A stretch of DNA of 52,522 bases from a virus (taxonomy: Duplodnaviria; Caudoviricetes), in the IMG/VR virus record IMGVR_UViG_3300037150_000196, positions 1 through 52,522 of that record; one strand, 5' to 3'. The notes beneath the pieces were generated by a model. The model made no database searches and was not told the DNA's origin. It saw only the letters and a list, made by a program, of their open reading frames with translations. The translations under genes were made by a program, and so were the position numbers. Position 1 is the stretch's first letter; each line of letters starts with the position of its first letter. Positions 15,926-24,197 of the stretch are shown here, in pieces.

Positions 15926-16239
15926 TTTACTTTTGGGGAATTGTCGCCCTAGGTTGTATGTTTGGACTCGGTTATATGACCGGCCAGTTAAAAGAGCGCG
16001 CTGAGCAGTCCGAAAGGTTTAGTGACTATATTCAAAAGAGTGCTAAATATGCACCTAGAAAAAAACTATGACGAATAGGGAAATAGCTAAGATTGCCGAG
16101 GAAATGGGACTGATTACCTGGAGACAAACTGATCGAGTAATTAAAGGGAAGGACGTTTACGTTGAAGCTGGAGAGAGTTCCGGGACGTGGCCAGTGTCTG
16201 GGTTAAGAGCAGAAGTAATTAAAAGATTAAAGGAGGTAG

Positions 16240-16452
16240 ATGCTTGAATATAGTAGTTTGATTGAAAAAATTATCAACGACATTCCTGATATGTCTCTAA
16301 CGGGAATAGAAACGAAAATCCTGTGTATGCGCCTTAATAATGCTAGCTTAGAAGATTGTGGTAAGGAATTTGGTATGACTTGTGAGCGTATTCGTCAAAT
16401 TGAAGCTAAAGCACTACGGAAAATAGAAAAATATAAGGAGGCAAATGCCTAA
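16240..16452 (+). CDS. Sigma70 region-4-only HTH protein
   Basis: SLEDCGKEFGMTCERIRQIEAKALRKI closely resembles RpoD region 4.2. Confidence 0.8.
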   Translation: MLEYSSLIEKIINDIPDMSLTGIETKILCMRLNNASLEDCGKEFGMTCERIRQIEAKALRKIEKYKEANA

Positions 16453-17614
16453 AGGGAAACCAAAGAAAAAAGGATTAAAGGAGGTGTCTGGTGTAGTTCA
16501 AGCTGGATCATTAACTCCATATAACGGTTCTGAACCAATAAGTGGGATAGCTCCTAAAGATTTAACCATTGAACAGTTAATCGCTAAAGGAATTGACCAA
16601 GGAGCTACGGTCGCGGTAATGACCGGACTGTTTGATTTAAGTGAGAAGATTAAAAAAGCCAAAGCCAAGGAAGCTTATGATAGTGATATGGGAAAGTTCC
16701 AGGGGAATTGCCCACCAATATCCAAAGACAAGGTTGTGCTTGGTAAAGACGGCAAGCCTCGCTATTCTTATGCCCCACTAGACGCTGTTGTGAGCCAAGT
16801 TAAGGGATTACTTATGGAGTATGGTTTTTCCTACTCTACGGACGCTGTGGTTGAAGATGGATGGGTAACTGCTATCTGTAAAGTAACTCACAAACTTGGA
16901 CATAGTGAACATAGTCAATTTAAAGTTCCGGTAGACAAAGAAGGATACATGAGCGCGCCACAGAAGTTTGCTTCGGCGTTGACCTTTGCTAAGAGATACG
17001 CGTTCCTAAACGCCTTTGGGATTATGACTGGTGATGAGGACACGGACGCCAATTATGAAGATAAAAAGGTACACACGCCCACGACCGAACCAGTAGAAAA
17101 GGTACAAGAAGGTACAAAAGCCAGTTATGATCAAGTTAAGAAGATATTTGCTTTAGCCAAAGACCTAGACCAGGAATCGACAGAGTTTAAGGATTGGGTT
17201 AAAGGGTATTTTAAACTAGAGAGTTTTAACGACTTGAGCATTACACGGGCGTCAAAACTTATAGAAGTCTTGGATAAGAAACTAGCTCTTAAGAACGCTG
17301 AAACAGATCCGTCTTTAAAGGTTGACGTTAAGGTTGAGAATATAACCGATGAACAGATAGATCGGGCCGCTGAGGACGCTTTAGTAGAAGATGTTAAAGA
17401 GGTTATGGGTGAGGCAGTTAGTGACGCATTCAAAGAGGAAGTAGAGGGCAAGATATTAAAGTTTGGTTTCAATGAGTTTGAGAAGCTTAAGCTTTATCGG
17501 AAGGCCTTTAACTTTGCCAACTATCCCAAGTCCGATGACGACTGGAGACAGCTTGGTTCGTTACTTGACTTGATGGAAGACGATCCTGAAGTATTAAAGG
17601 AGGTAAAAGAATGA
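16445..17614 (+). CDS. ERF-family ssDNA annealing protein
   Basis: YSYAPLD, H..G.S, Q...SA.TFAKRYA...AFGI..GDED.DA motif. Confidence 0.85.
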   Translation: MPKGKPKKKGLKEVSGVVQAGSLTPYNGSEPISGIAPKDLTIEQLIAKGIDQGATVAVMTGLFDLSEKIKKAKAKEAYDSDMGKFQGNCPPISKDKVVLGKDGKPRYSYAPLDAVVSQVKGLLMEYGFSYSTDAVVEDGWVTAICKVTHKLGHSEHSQFKVPVDKEGYMSAPQKFASALTFAKRYAFLNAFGIMTGDEDTDANYEDKKVHTPTTEPVEKVQEGTKASYDQVKKIFALAKDLDQESTEFKDWVKGYFKLESFNDLSITRASKLIEVLDKKLALKNAETDPSLKVDVKVENITDEQIDRAAEDALVEDVKEVMGEAVSDAFKEEVEGKILKFGFNEFEKLKLYRKAFNFANYPKSDDDWRQLGSLLDLMEDDPEVLKEVKE

Positions 17615-18060
17615 GGTCTATAAATCAACAACTAGATCATGATAAGAAGGTGGATTTTATTAATGAACACCGACCATATTTCAGTATTCTAACGCCTCGC
17701 GAACGAGATATTGTTAATATGAGGTGTCAGGGTTGGACACTTGAAGAGATTGGTACGATTTATGGCGTGACTCGTGAACGTATTAGATGCCTAGAAATTA
17801 AAGCACTTGAGAAATTGAAGAAAGCACCCTTGAACTATCCTGATCTAAAAGACATTAAACACGCTAATTCTACTAAAGACGAGTGTACTGTATCAGTTGG
17901 GGACATTCCCGAAGGTGAAGTTGTTGAGATAGTGACAGATATCGTTCTTGAGGGTAAGCGATTAAGAAGAGAGATTGTTAACATACCCTATCAACATATT
18001 GGATTCTTAATCCACGCCCTAGAACATTATCAAGATTATAAAAAGGAGATTAAAAAATGA
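17611..18060 (+). CDS. Sigma70 region-4 HTH protein with an extra C-terminal domain
   Basis: LTPRERDIV.MR...TLEEIG..YGVTRERIR.LE.KALEKLK. Confidence 0.8.
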   Translation: MRSINQQLDHDKKVDFINEHRPYFSILTPRERDIVNMRCQGWTLEEIGTIYGVTRERIRCLEIKALEKLKKAPLNYPDLKDIKHANSTKDECTVSVGDIPEGEVVEIVTDIVLEGKRLRREIVNIPYQHIGFLIHALEHYQDYKKEIKK

Positions 18061-18302
18061 ATATGAAAGTTTTAGAAGTTGCATGGTTCAATAGCTGGAA
18101 TGGTTGTTTGGGGGTTGTTCTTGCTGAGGACGAGACTATGGGTTATAGATGCGCCTACTTTGACAAAGTAGATAGCGGTGATGAAGAGCAGGATATGCGG
18201 AATATTATGGCCGAGGGCGCCAAGTTGACACTACAACAGGCCAAGGGATTTTTCCCTGGTTGGGACTTAGACAAAACTTATAAAGGAGTAAAAAATGGCT
18301 AA
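18057..18302 (+). CDS. Hypothetical protein
   Basis: SD and ATGA coupling. Confidence 0.65.
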   Translation: MNMKVLEVAWFNSWNGCLGVVLAEDETMGYRCAYFDKVDSGDEEQDMRNIMAEGAKLTLQQAKGFFPGWDLDKTYKGVKNG

Positions 18303-18486
18303 AGATAGAAAGTTTAAACGAGAATGGCTACTAAAGTTTAGCGGCACTTCAAAAGGCGATGAAGGTGAGGTTACGTTCGCAGAGTCTTTATTCAGTACGA
18401 TGTTAACTTCTGTAATTTATGCTTGGAATAACCAACACAAAACCACTAAAGTAGAGGTAGAGGAAGTTACGAAAAAGGAAATATAG
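18295..18486 (+). CDS. Hypothetical protein
   Basis: AAGGAG SD. Confidence 0.6.
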   Translation: MAKDRKFKREWLLKFSGTSKGDEGEVTFAESLFSTMLTSVIYAWNNQHKTTKVEVEEVTKKEI

Positions 18487-18493
18487 GAGGCTA

Positions 18494-18709
18494 ATGGCAA
18501 GAAAAAAAGCTAAAGCAAAAGTCGCAAAAATAAAGAAGATCAAAGTCGTTAAACCGAAAGTCGTCAAGGCGAAAAAAGTTAAAGTTCCGAAAGCTAAGAA
18601 GTTAGTTAATACACGAGTAAATAAAACTGCTCGAGATAAAGTTCTCGACCGTAAGCAGAAGGTGATGGATCGACACTCATCTGTATCTGTTAGGAAGAAC
18701 AAGGTTTAA
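18494..18709 (+). CDS. Lys-rich histone-H1-like basic protein
   Basis: AGGAGG SD; KAKAKVAKIKKIKVVKPKVVKAKK. Confidence 0.6.
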   Translation: MARKKAKAKVAKIKKIKVVKPKVVKAKKVKVPKAKKLVNTRVNKTARDKVLDRKQKVMDRHSSVSVRKNKV

Positions 18710-18727
18710 AAGTTAATAGGAAGAGAG

Positions 18728-18910
18728 ATGAAATCAATAACTGGCGGTAAAGTAGACGAGTCCTCAGAACTTAAATCACCGGATTTTAAATGTAAGCACT
18801 GTGGTAAGGCTATCCAACCGATCTGGGCGATCAGAACTGGTTACTGTTCGGGCTGTTCAAAGATTTACTACAAGCGTAAAATAGATTTAAATAAGGAGGA
18901 AAATGGTTAA
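18728..18910 (+). CDS. Small Zn-ribbon protein
   Basis: CKHC...CSGC. Confidence 0.55.
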   Translation: MKSITGGKVDESSELKSPDFKCKHCGKAIQPIWAIRTGYCSGCSKIYYKRKIDLNKEENG

Positions 18911-19175
18911 GAAGCTAAGTAGGGAAGATTATAGAGTTTTCGTAACAGAGGCGTTCGAAGCGGTTATAAGAAAGTCGGGTGTATTTAATAGCTCGGATAG
19001 TTTAATAAAAGCTATGCAGGAAACCTATCCTGAGGACCAGATCAAACAGGCGTGTTTATCAGAAGCTCTCTTTACCTATTTCGAGACACCAGAAGCTATG
19101 GAAAAGTTTGGCAAAAGATTAGTCACAACCTCAATGTTGTTTAGAGCTATAGAGGAGCGAAAGCATGATAAGTAA
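18903..19175 (+). CDS. Hypothetical protein
   Basis: AAGGAGG SD. Confidence 0.65.
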   Translation: MVKKLSREDYRVFVTEAFEAVIRKSGVFNSSDSLIKAMQETYPEDQIKQACLSEALFTYFETPEAMEKFGKRLVTTSMLFRAIEERKHDK

Positions 19176-19404
19176 AGTCGATCAGGAGCGTGAAATACTC
19201 CACGACTGGCACTATAAAGCCCACGAGGCTTTCGATAGTTGGTGGCAGGGTAAGAATATCCCCAGGAACTCTGCCTACGTCTGGTTACAGTTAAAAATGG
19301 GTTTGAGTAGTGGCGAGACCCATATTAAAAAGATGACTATAGAGCAGTGTCAAGAAGTAATAAGGTTAATTAAGGAGGACGATGAATCACAAAGAGAAAG
19401 TTAA
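19165..19404 (+). CDS. DUF3268-like C-terminal domain protein
   Basis: AHEAFD.WW...R..AY.WL...MG.....HI..M..EQC motif. Confidence 0.65.
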   Translation: MISKVDQEREILHDWHYKAHEAFDSWWQGKNIPRNSAYVWLQLKMGLSSGETHIKKMTIEQCQEVIRLIKEDDESQRES

Positions 19405-19567
19405 ACTAGCCCGTCAGTTGCTTACCGATGAGGAAAGGTACTTTAAGACAGGTAAGTTCCAATCTAAAGGCTGGGAAGAACGTAGGGCGGAAAAGAGAAG
19501 GCAAGTTGAATTAGACGAGGAGCGAGCCAAAACCAGAGCTAAGGATAGGTTAAAGGCCAAAAAGTAA
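19382..19567 (+). CDS. Hypothetical basic protein
   Basis: AAGGAGG SD. Confidence 0.6.
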   Translation: MNHKEKVKLARQLLTDEERYFKTGKFQSKGWEERRAEKRRQVELDEERAKTRAKDRLKAKK

Positions 19568-19797
19568 TGGAAGATAGATTGACTAAGGAGATCGTCGTAA
19601 ACCGTATTAGAGGTTGTTTCAGACGCTCAACTTATTCTCTGATAATGATAGTGATCTGTACTCTTGAAATATTTTATTCTAAGAGAGGTTTTACTACTTG
19701 GGTATTAGGTGGTGTTGATATTCTGTTATGTTTTTCTGTTATGGGCTCTATGGCCATAGTTAAGAATCTTGAAAAACATCTTGACACTACTAATTAA
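19567..19797 (+). CDS. Small two-TM membrane protein
   Basis: Two hydrophobic segments; TAATG coupling. Confidence 0.55.
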   Translation: MEDRLTKEIVVNRIRGCFRRSTYSLIMIVICTLEIFYSKRGFTTWVLGGVDILLCFSVMGSMAIVKNLEKHLDTTN

Positions 19798-19811
19798 AAA
19801 CCATTACGATT

Positions 19812-20210
19812 TTGTTAATGGCAAAGAATTGGCATAAGGAGCACCGAGAAAATAGATCGTTTTTAGATAGGATTGGAATTAAGGTCACTGGTTGGGTAGG
19901 TACAATGATTTGTGCGGTTGTTTTTATGTGTATTGCTCTAGTGAGTGCTCCGGCAGCCTTTGAAAGTGGCAACCCAGTAATTATTGTTCAGTGGGTGTCT
20001 GGAAACTTCTTACAATTAGTCTTGCTATCCGTGATCCTATTTGGAACGAATGAACAATCTAAAGCTTCAGAGGCGCAATCTAATGCCGACTTCGAAACTA
20101 ATGTGAAGGCCGAGAAAGAGATCGAACAGCTTAACCAAATATTAATTAACCAGAATACCGAACTAGCAGAAATTAAAAAGCTTCTCGGTAATGGTAAAAA
20201 GAGTAAGTAA
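19812..20210 (+). CDS. DUF1003-like membrane protein
   Basis: DRIG..VT..VGTM, FLQLVLL.VI..G, D.E.N.KAE.EI pattern. Confidence 0.7.
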   Translation: MLMAKNWHKEHRENRSFLDRIGIKVTGWVGTMICAVVFMCIALVSAPAAFESGNPVIIVQWVSGNFLQLVLLSVILFGTNEQSKASEAQSNADFETNVKAEKEIEQLNQILINQNTELAEIKKLLGNGKKSK

Positions 20211-20643
20211 ACAAGAAATTGAATCGGAAGAGATCTTCGGGGGTTTTGATGGTTTTACCAGTGCCGTTGGTGTCGTAATTGCTGCACTCTTGCAGAACAA
20301 TCTTCATACTCTAATTGTCGTTGTGGCTGGATTAGCGACCGCCTCGTCGTTGAGTATGGGTTTTGGGGAGTGGTTGGCCGACAACGGTAGGAGTGGCTAC
20401 AAGGCCTTTATTATGGCCGTAGCAACGCTTATCGGGACTTGTTTACCAGCACTACCATTTTTGTTCTTAAGTCGTGTACCGGCCATTCTAGTGGGGTCTT
20501 TGCTGTGTCTTTTAACTGTACTATTGATTGGTAAGGCACGTGGTAAAGGACTCCGGCCGTACATAGAGACATTTATTATTTTAGCAGTGGTTATTACGGC
20601 CACTGTAATTATTTCGTTACTAGCTGGAAACCTGGCCAATTAA
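20191..20643 (+). CDS. VIT1/CCC1-family membrane protein (compact)
   Basis: IFGGFDGFTSAVGV, A.SLSMGFGEWL and LPALPF motifs. Confidence 0.75.
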   Translation: MVKRVSKQEIESEEIFGGFDGFTSAVGVVIAALLQNNLHTLIVVVAGLATASSLSMGFGEWLADNGRSGYKAFIMAVATLIGTCLPALPFLFLSRVPAILVGSLLCLLTVLLIGKARGKGLRPYIETFIILAVVITATVIISLLAGNLAN

Positions 20644-20660
20644 GCTCGTTGCATAAGTGC

Positions 20661-20688
20661 TTGACAAACTTTATTAAACGGTTATATT
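20661..20688 (+). promoter_or_regulatory. Early-type sigma70 promoter
   Basis: TTGACA-16-TATATT. Confidence 0.6.
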
Positions 20689-20699
20689 TAATTAGTAGC

Positions 20700-20995
20700 T
20701 TTAAAAAAGAGGTATAAGAAAGACGACAGATCACCTGCTCGGTAGATAAGGCAAAGGCCCAGGAAAACTGTACGGCGTCGAATCAGTCTCGATACTGGGT
20801 TGCTCGCTTCTATATTGCAATAGTGTTAGCTGAAAGGCGCACGCTATATATAAGACGGCAACCTGGTTAAGCTCAATTTTTAATAGGTTATGTGTTGGGA
20901 GTGACGACTTTTGGCTATTAAGCTCGGTATTGCCGATGAAAGTACTACGGAATAACTTGATCCGTAAACGGGTAGCCCTCAGCACATAGGATATT
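20700..20995 (+). ncRNA. Candidate ~290-nt structured RNA or long 5' leader
   Basis: No credible ORF between the promoter and the SD near 21000. Nested stems 20795-20803/20858-20866, 20889-20899/20978-20988 and 20946-20951/20961-20966. Confidence 0.5.
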
Positions 20996-21367
20996 AAAGG
21001 AGGAGTATGGAAAAACAATCAAATAATTACGCGACACTTACGCCCGGACAAGCTGCTAAATACCTAGAGATAGTTAATAGCGGTAATATGGATGATATGT
21101 TCGATTGGGCTTCTGAGTTGGGTTGGGAAAAAGCTAAAGATGAGTATATTCACTAGATGATTAAGTCAAAAAGTACTGCGAAGGAGGCAGTTACTAAAAT
21201 GAGACTTACTGCCGTAAATAAAATCAGACGTATTAAAAAGATGATCGCCCAAGGAGCTAGACTACAGGACAGGTTAAGTATCTGGGAGAGTAAATGAAAC
21301 AGTCAGTAATAGTGGATATTACTCGTTGGGTATAATGTTGTATAATAATTTCAAATAGGAGGACTTA

Positions 21368-21553
21368 ATGATAGAAAAAAGAAAAGTAGGAAGGCCCACG
21401 CAGAATAAACAAGCTGAGGCTATTTATTTGCGCCCGTCAGTCCACAGTAAGCTTATGGAATTAAAGGAACGTACAGGTATGAAAAAGAGTGTTCTAGTTG
21501 AAAGATTACTAGAGCTTTGTTTTAAAACTGACCTAGATAATGAGATAATGTAA
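21368..21553 (+). CDS. Small DNA-binding protein (ribbon-helix-helix-like)
   Basis: KVGRP...IYL..SVH.KL.ELK..TGMKKS.LVE. AGGAGG SD. Confidence 0.6.
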   Translation: MIEKRKVGRPTQNKQAEAIYLRPSVHSKLMELKERTGMKKSVLVERLLELCFKTDLDNEIM

Positions 21554-21807
21554 TGGAAGAGCTAAGAAAAGAAGAGATTAATGCTGCGATAGAAAGAATG
21601 CCAAAGTCGAATACTTCCAAACCTATGAAAGGTAAACTCTACCAAGGTCTTGAAGGCGTTCAAATTAAAAGAGAAGTTGAGAAAGAAGAAACCAACCCAG
21701 ACGTCACCTGTCCAAAGTGTGGCAATACATTAAATTTGCCTGATAAAATGATTAAGCGAGGTGCTCGTTTACTAAGATGTCCTTGTGGTTGGTTAAGGGA
21801 GGATTAA
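21553..21807 (+). CDS. Zn-ribbon protein
   Basis: CPKCG...RCPCGW. Confidence 0.6.
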   Translation: MEELRKEEINAAIERMPKSNTSKPMKGKLYQGLEGVQIKREVEKEETNPDVTCPKCGNTLNLPDKMIKRGARLLRCPCGWLRED

Positions 21808-22172
21808 TGGTAGTACCAGAGTTTAAAGCACCGGATTATTTCGTTGATTTTATGGCCGAGGCGGACGATCTACTCCAAGCGTTCCGAAAACAGTATCCTA
21901 GGCTGAAATTGACCGATAACTTTGAGCCCTTAAGTAAGCGCGAGGATAATTTGTTTAAGAAACTTCCTGAACAAGAAAGGTTTGAATTAGTCCATGCTCA
22001 AATGTTGTTCAACTCACTATTCCAAGTTGCCTATAAGAAGTTCTTTTTCTTAACTCCGGCCGCCAGATCCAATGACGATAAGGCAGCAATGTATTACTTT
22101 AAAGACGAGCAAGTTATTAGAGAAGTCGATTTGCTACCAAGAAATATGTTAGGCAAATTAAAGAAGGACTAA
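21777..22172 (+). CDS. Hypothetical protein (start probably ATG at 21807)
   Basis: GGAGG SD before the ATG at 21807. Confidence 0.6.
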   Translation: MSLWLVKGGLMVVPEFKAPDYFVDFMAEADDLLQAFRKQYPRLKLTDNFEPLSKREDNLFKKLPEQERFELVHAQMLFNSLFQVAYKKFFFLTPAARSNDDKAAMYYFKDEQVIREVDLLPRNMLGKLKKD

Positions 22173-22381
22173 TGGACGACGAATACGTAATAAACGAAAC
22201 GGTTAAACCCAAAGGCTTTTCAGATAAAGCTGACGAGAACCCAAACTGGCATGCCCTTAAAACTTTTAGAGATTACTTCATCGCTACCCACGGGGGTAGA
22301 CTGGATAAGTTAACCACCAACGATCTAATTGAATTAAAGCGTCAAGAAGATATTTTTATTCAACAGAGCAAGGCTAGATAA
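22172..22381 (+). CDS. Hypothetical protein
   Basis: TAATG coupling. Confidence 0.6.
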   Translation: MDDEYVINETVKPKGFSDKADENPNWHALKTFRDYFIATHGGRLDKLTTNDLIELKRQEDIFIQQSKAR

Positions 22382-22382
22382 T

Positions 22383-22424
22383 CACTTGACAAAGGTTCTA
22401 AAAAGGTTATTATTAAAGTAATAT
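22383..22424 (+). promoter_or_regulatory. Early-type sigma70 promoter, near-identical to 15670-15711
   Basis: TTGACA-16-TATTAT. Confidence 0.75.
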
Positions 22425-22433
22425 GGAGAGGGA

Positions 22434-22913
22434 ATGAATAAGGACTACTACTGGTATAATAGGTTGTCTAAATTAGGTTATAAGGATCAGATAGACGAGA
22501 TTATTAACCAAAATAACTGTGATATTGATCCAAGTTTTCTAGGCTTTTTAGATACCTACTATTACCTTTCTAAAATAATCCCTAAACACCGTATTGTTAT
22601 TGATCTGGGGTGTTCCTATGGAATACAAGCAGCTTTCTTTGAAAAACACCTGGCTTATATTGGAGTTGACGTTAGTGATTGTCTAAAATTAAAGACTAAA
22701 AAATCTCTTTATATCACTAAAACAATTGACGACTACATAAAAGTAAACGGGTCGTTTGAGAATCAAAATCTTTTTGTTATATGTAATTACGTCCCCACCA
22801 GCACTAAACTCTTGAGGGAGACATTTCCCTACTTATATGTTTTTTATCCAGAGAGAGCCGATAATCCAGAGATATGGAAGGCAGAAAAGAAACTAGTTAA
22901 TATAAACCAATGA
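22434..22913 (+). CDS. Class I SAM-dependent methyltransferase-like protein
   Basis: VIDLGCSYG and YIGVD motifs. Confidence 0.6.
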   Translation: MNKDYYWYNRLSKLGYKDQIDEIINQNNCDIDPSFLGFLDTYYYLSKIIPKHRIVIDLGCSYGIQAAFFEKHLAYIGVDVSDCLKLKTKKSLYITKTIDDYIKVNGSFENQNLFVICNYVPTSTKLLRETFPYLYVFYPERADNPEIWKAEKKLVNINQ

Positions 22914-23125
22914 GAAAGTTAATAGTTGGCAAACAGGAGATCCCCGAAGAGGCCGTTAAGGTTATTAGAAAGATCTACGCTAACTGGATTATTCAACAGA
23001 TAGAGAAAGCTCAATATCCAGATATTAAAGTCTTGGACGACAAAATGACCAAAGAGTACATAGCTAAAATGTGTTATACAGACGGTTTAAACGGGGCAAT
23101 AGAAATAATAAAGGAAGATTTATGA
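22910..23125 (+). CDS. Hypothetical protein
   Basis: ATGA coupling. Confidence 0.55.
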   Translation: MRKLIVGKQEIPEEAVKVIRKIYANWIIQQIEKAQYPDIKVLDDKMTKEYIAKMCYTDGLNGAIEIIKEDL

Positions 23126-23346
23126 AAGACACCGAATTAATTGAACCAGCTTTAATTTTAGTTATTACCAATCGTAGAGGCGTATTAGGTGATAAGACTT
23201 GGTGTTTGGAGAATCATAGAATATCTCTTGAGCAAATTGCCGACACTTTATACGCCGGTGGAATTAAGAATCTATACGATATGTATCCCCAATTAAAAAA
23301 GAGTAAAAGTATCGAATTATTAGATAAGGAGGAAGGTGATCAATAG
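23122..23346 (+). CDS. Hypothetical protein (track ORF 23071..23346 with revised start)
   Basis: ATGA overlap and AAGGA SD. Confidence 0.5.
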   Translation: MKDTELIEPALILVITNRRGVLGDKTWCLENHRISLEQIADTLYAGGIKNLYDMYPQLKKSKSIELLDKEEGDQ

Positions 23347-23524
23347 AGAAAAGATAGAAGAATTAGTAGATCTGTTTGATAAAAAAGTTCAGATTAACCA
23401 GGAGCTTTATGCTAGTGCTAAAAACGAGAACGACGCCTATTATTATTCGGGTGAATTATCTGCTTGGGTACTAGCCAAACAAAGAGTACTTGATCTATTA
23501 AGAGAAAACAGAGGAATAAGATGA
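23336..23524 (+). CDS. Hypothetical protein
   Basis: AAGGAGG SD with a GTG start. Confidence 0.55.
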   Translation: MINREKIEELVDLFDKKVQINQELYASAKNENDAYYYSGELSAWVLAKQRVLDLLRENRGIR

Positions 23525-23688
23525 ATACTCAACTTTGGATATACGGTAAGATAAAAGAGGCTAATGCCTGACGATAACCTCAAAATCCTCCTCGGAGCAG
23601 TCTTCTTAGCGTCTTGTCTGCTGATAGGGGTGTTGGTGGTGACAATAATAGTAATGAGCTGGAAATAAATTAACTAGAAAAGGAAATT

Positions 23689-24030
23689 ATGGCAACAGAA
23701 TACAAACTAACAAAAGAAGAATACGAGAAAGTTAAGCACCTGCTTAAGAAAGAGGCTATTAAGTACAACGCACTTGACGATTTAGTCGGTGGAATTGTCT
23801 TTATTAGAACTGTCACCCACTACTTCACGGGTCGAGCAATAAACATAACGGGTGACTTTATTCACCTGGAAGACGCTGCCTGGATACCTGATACGGGTCG
23901 TTTCTATGAGTTCGTTAAAGGAACACCTACTGATTCGTTGGAAGTAGAACCAATTGGCACAACCTTTGTTGCTATTGGTTCTATTATCGAAATAATGCCC
24001 TATAGTAACTTGTTTACGGTTCAAAAATAA
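23689..24030 (+). CDS. Conserved-looking phage protein (Sm/SH3-like beta barrel suspected)
   Basis: VFIRTVTHYFTGR...LEDAAWIPDTGRF motif. Confidence 0.65.
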   Translation: MATEYKLTKEEYEKVKHLLKKEAIKYNALDDLVGGIVFIRTVTHYFTGRAINITGDFIHLEDAAWIPDTGRFYEFVKGTPTDSLEVEPIGTTFVAIGSIIEIMPYSNLFTVQK

Positions 24031-24137
24031 TGAACCAAGCAGTCGTTAGAACTGGCTGGGAAAGTTCGTGGTCGGGGTCGTGGTCGGGGTCGTGGTCGTG
24101 GTCGGGGTCGAGGTCGAGGTCGTGGTATACAAGTTAA
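24030..24137 (+). CDS. 35-aa peptide with a Ser-(Trp/Gly/Arg) dipeptide repeat
   Basis: TAATG coupling. MNQAVVRTGWES(SW/SG/SR)x10YTS, encoded by ten TCG(T/G/A)GG hexamers at 24066-24125. Confidence 0.65.
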   Translation: MNQAVVRTGWESSWSGSWSGSWSWSGSRSRSWYTS

Positions 24138-24197
24138 TTATGAGCTGGAAATAAGAAGGAAAATGACTAAATATGACAATACAGAGTTGGAGATAAA

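Noticed and set aside
20731-21018. 95-aa minus-strand ORF
   Set aside because: Opposes the local transcription direction, has no SD or motif, and the region is better explained as structured RNA.
24066-24125. Repeat arrays here, at 11097-11222 and at 12586-12615 as CRISPR arrays
   Set aside because: Short tandem units without spacers, and no cas genes.
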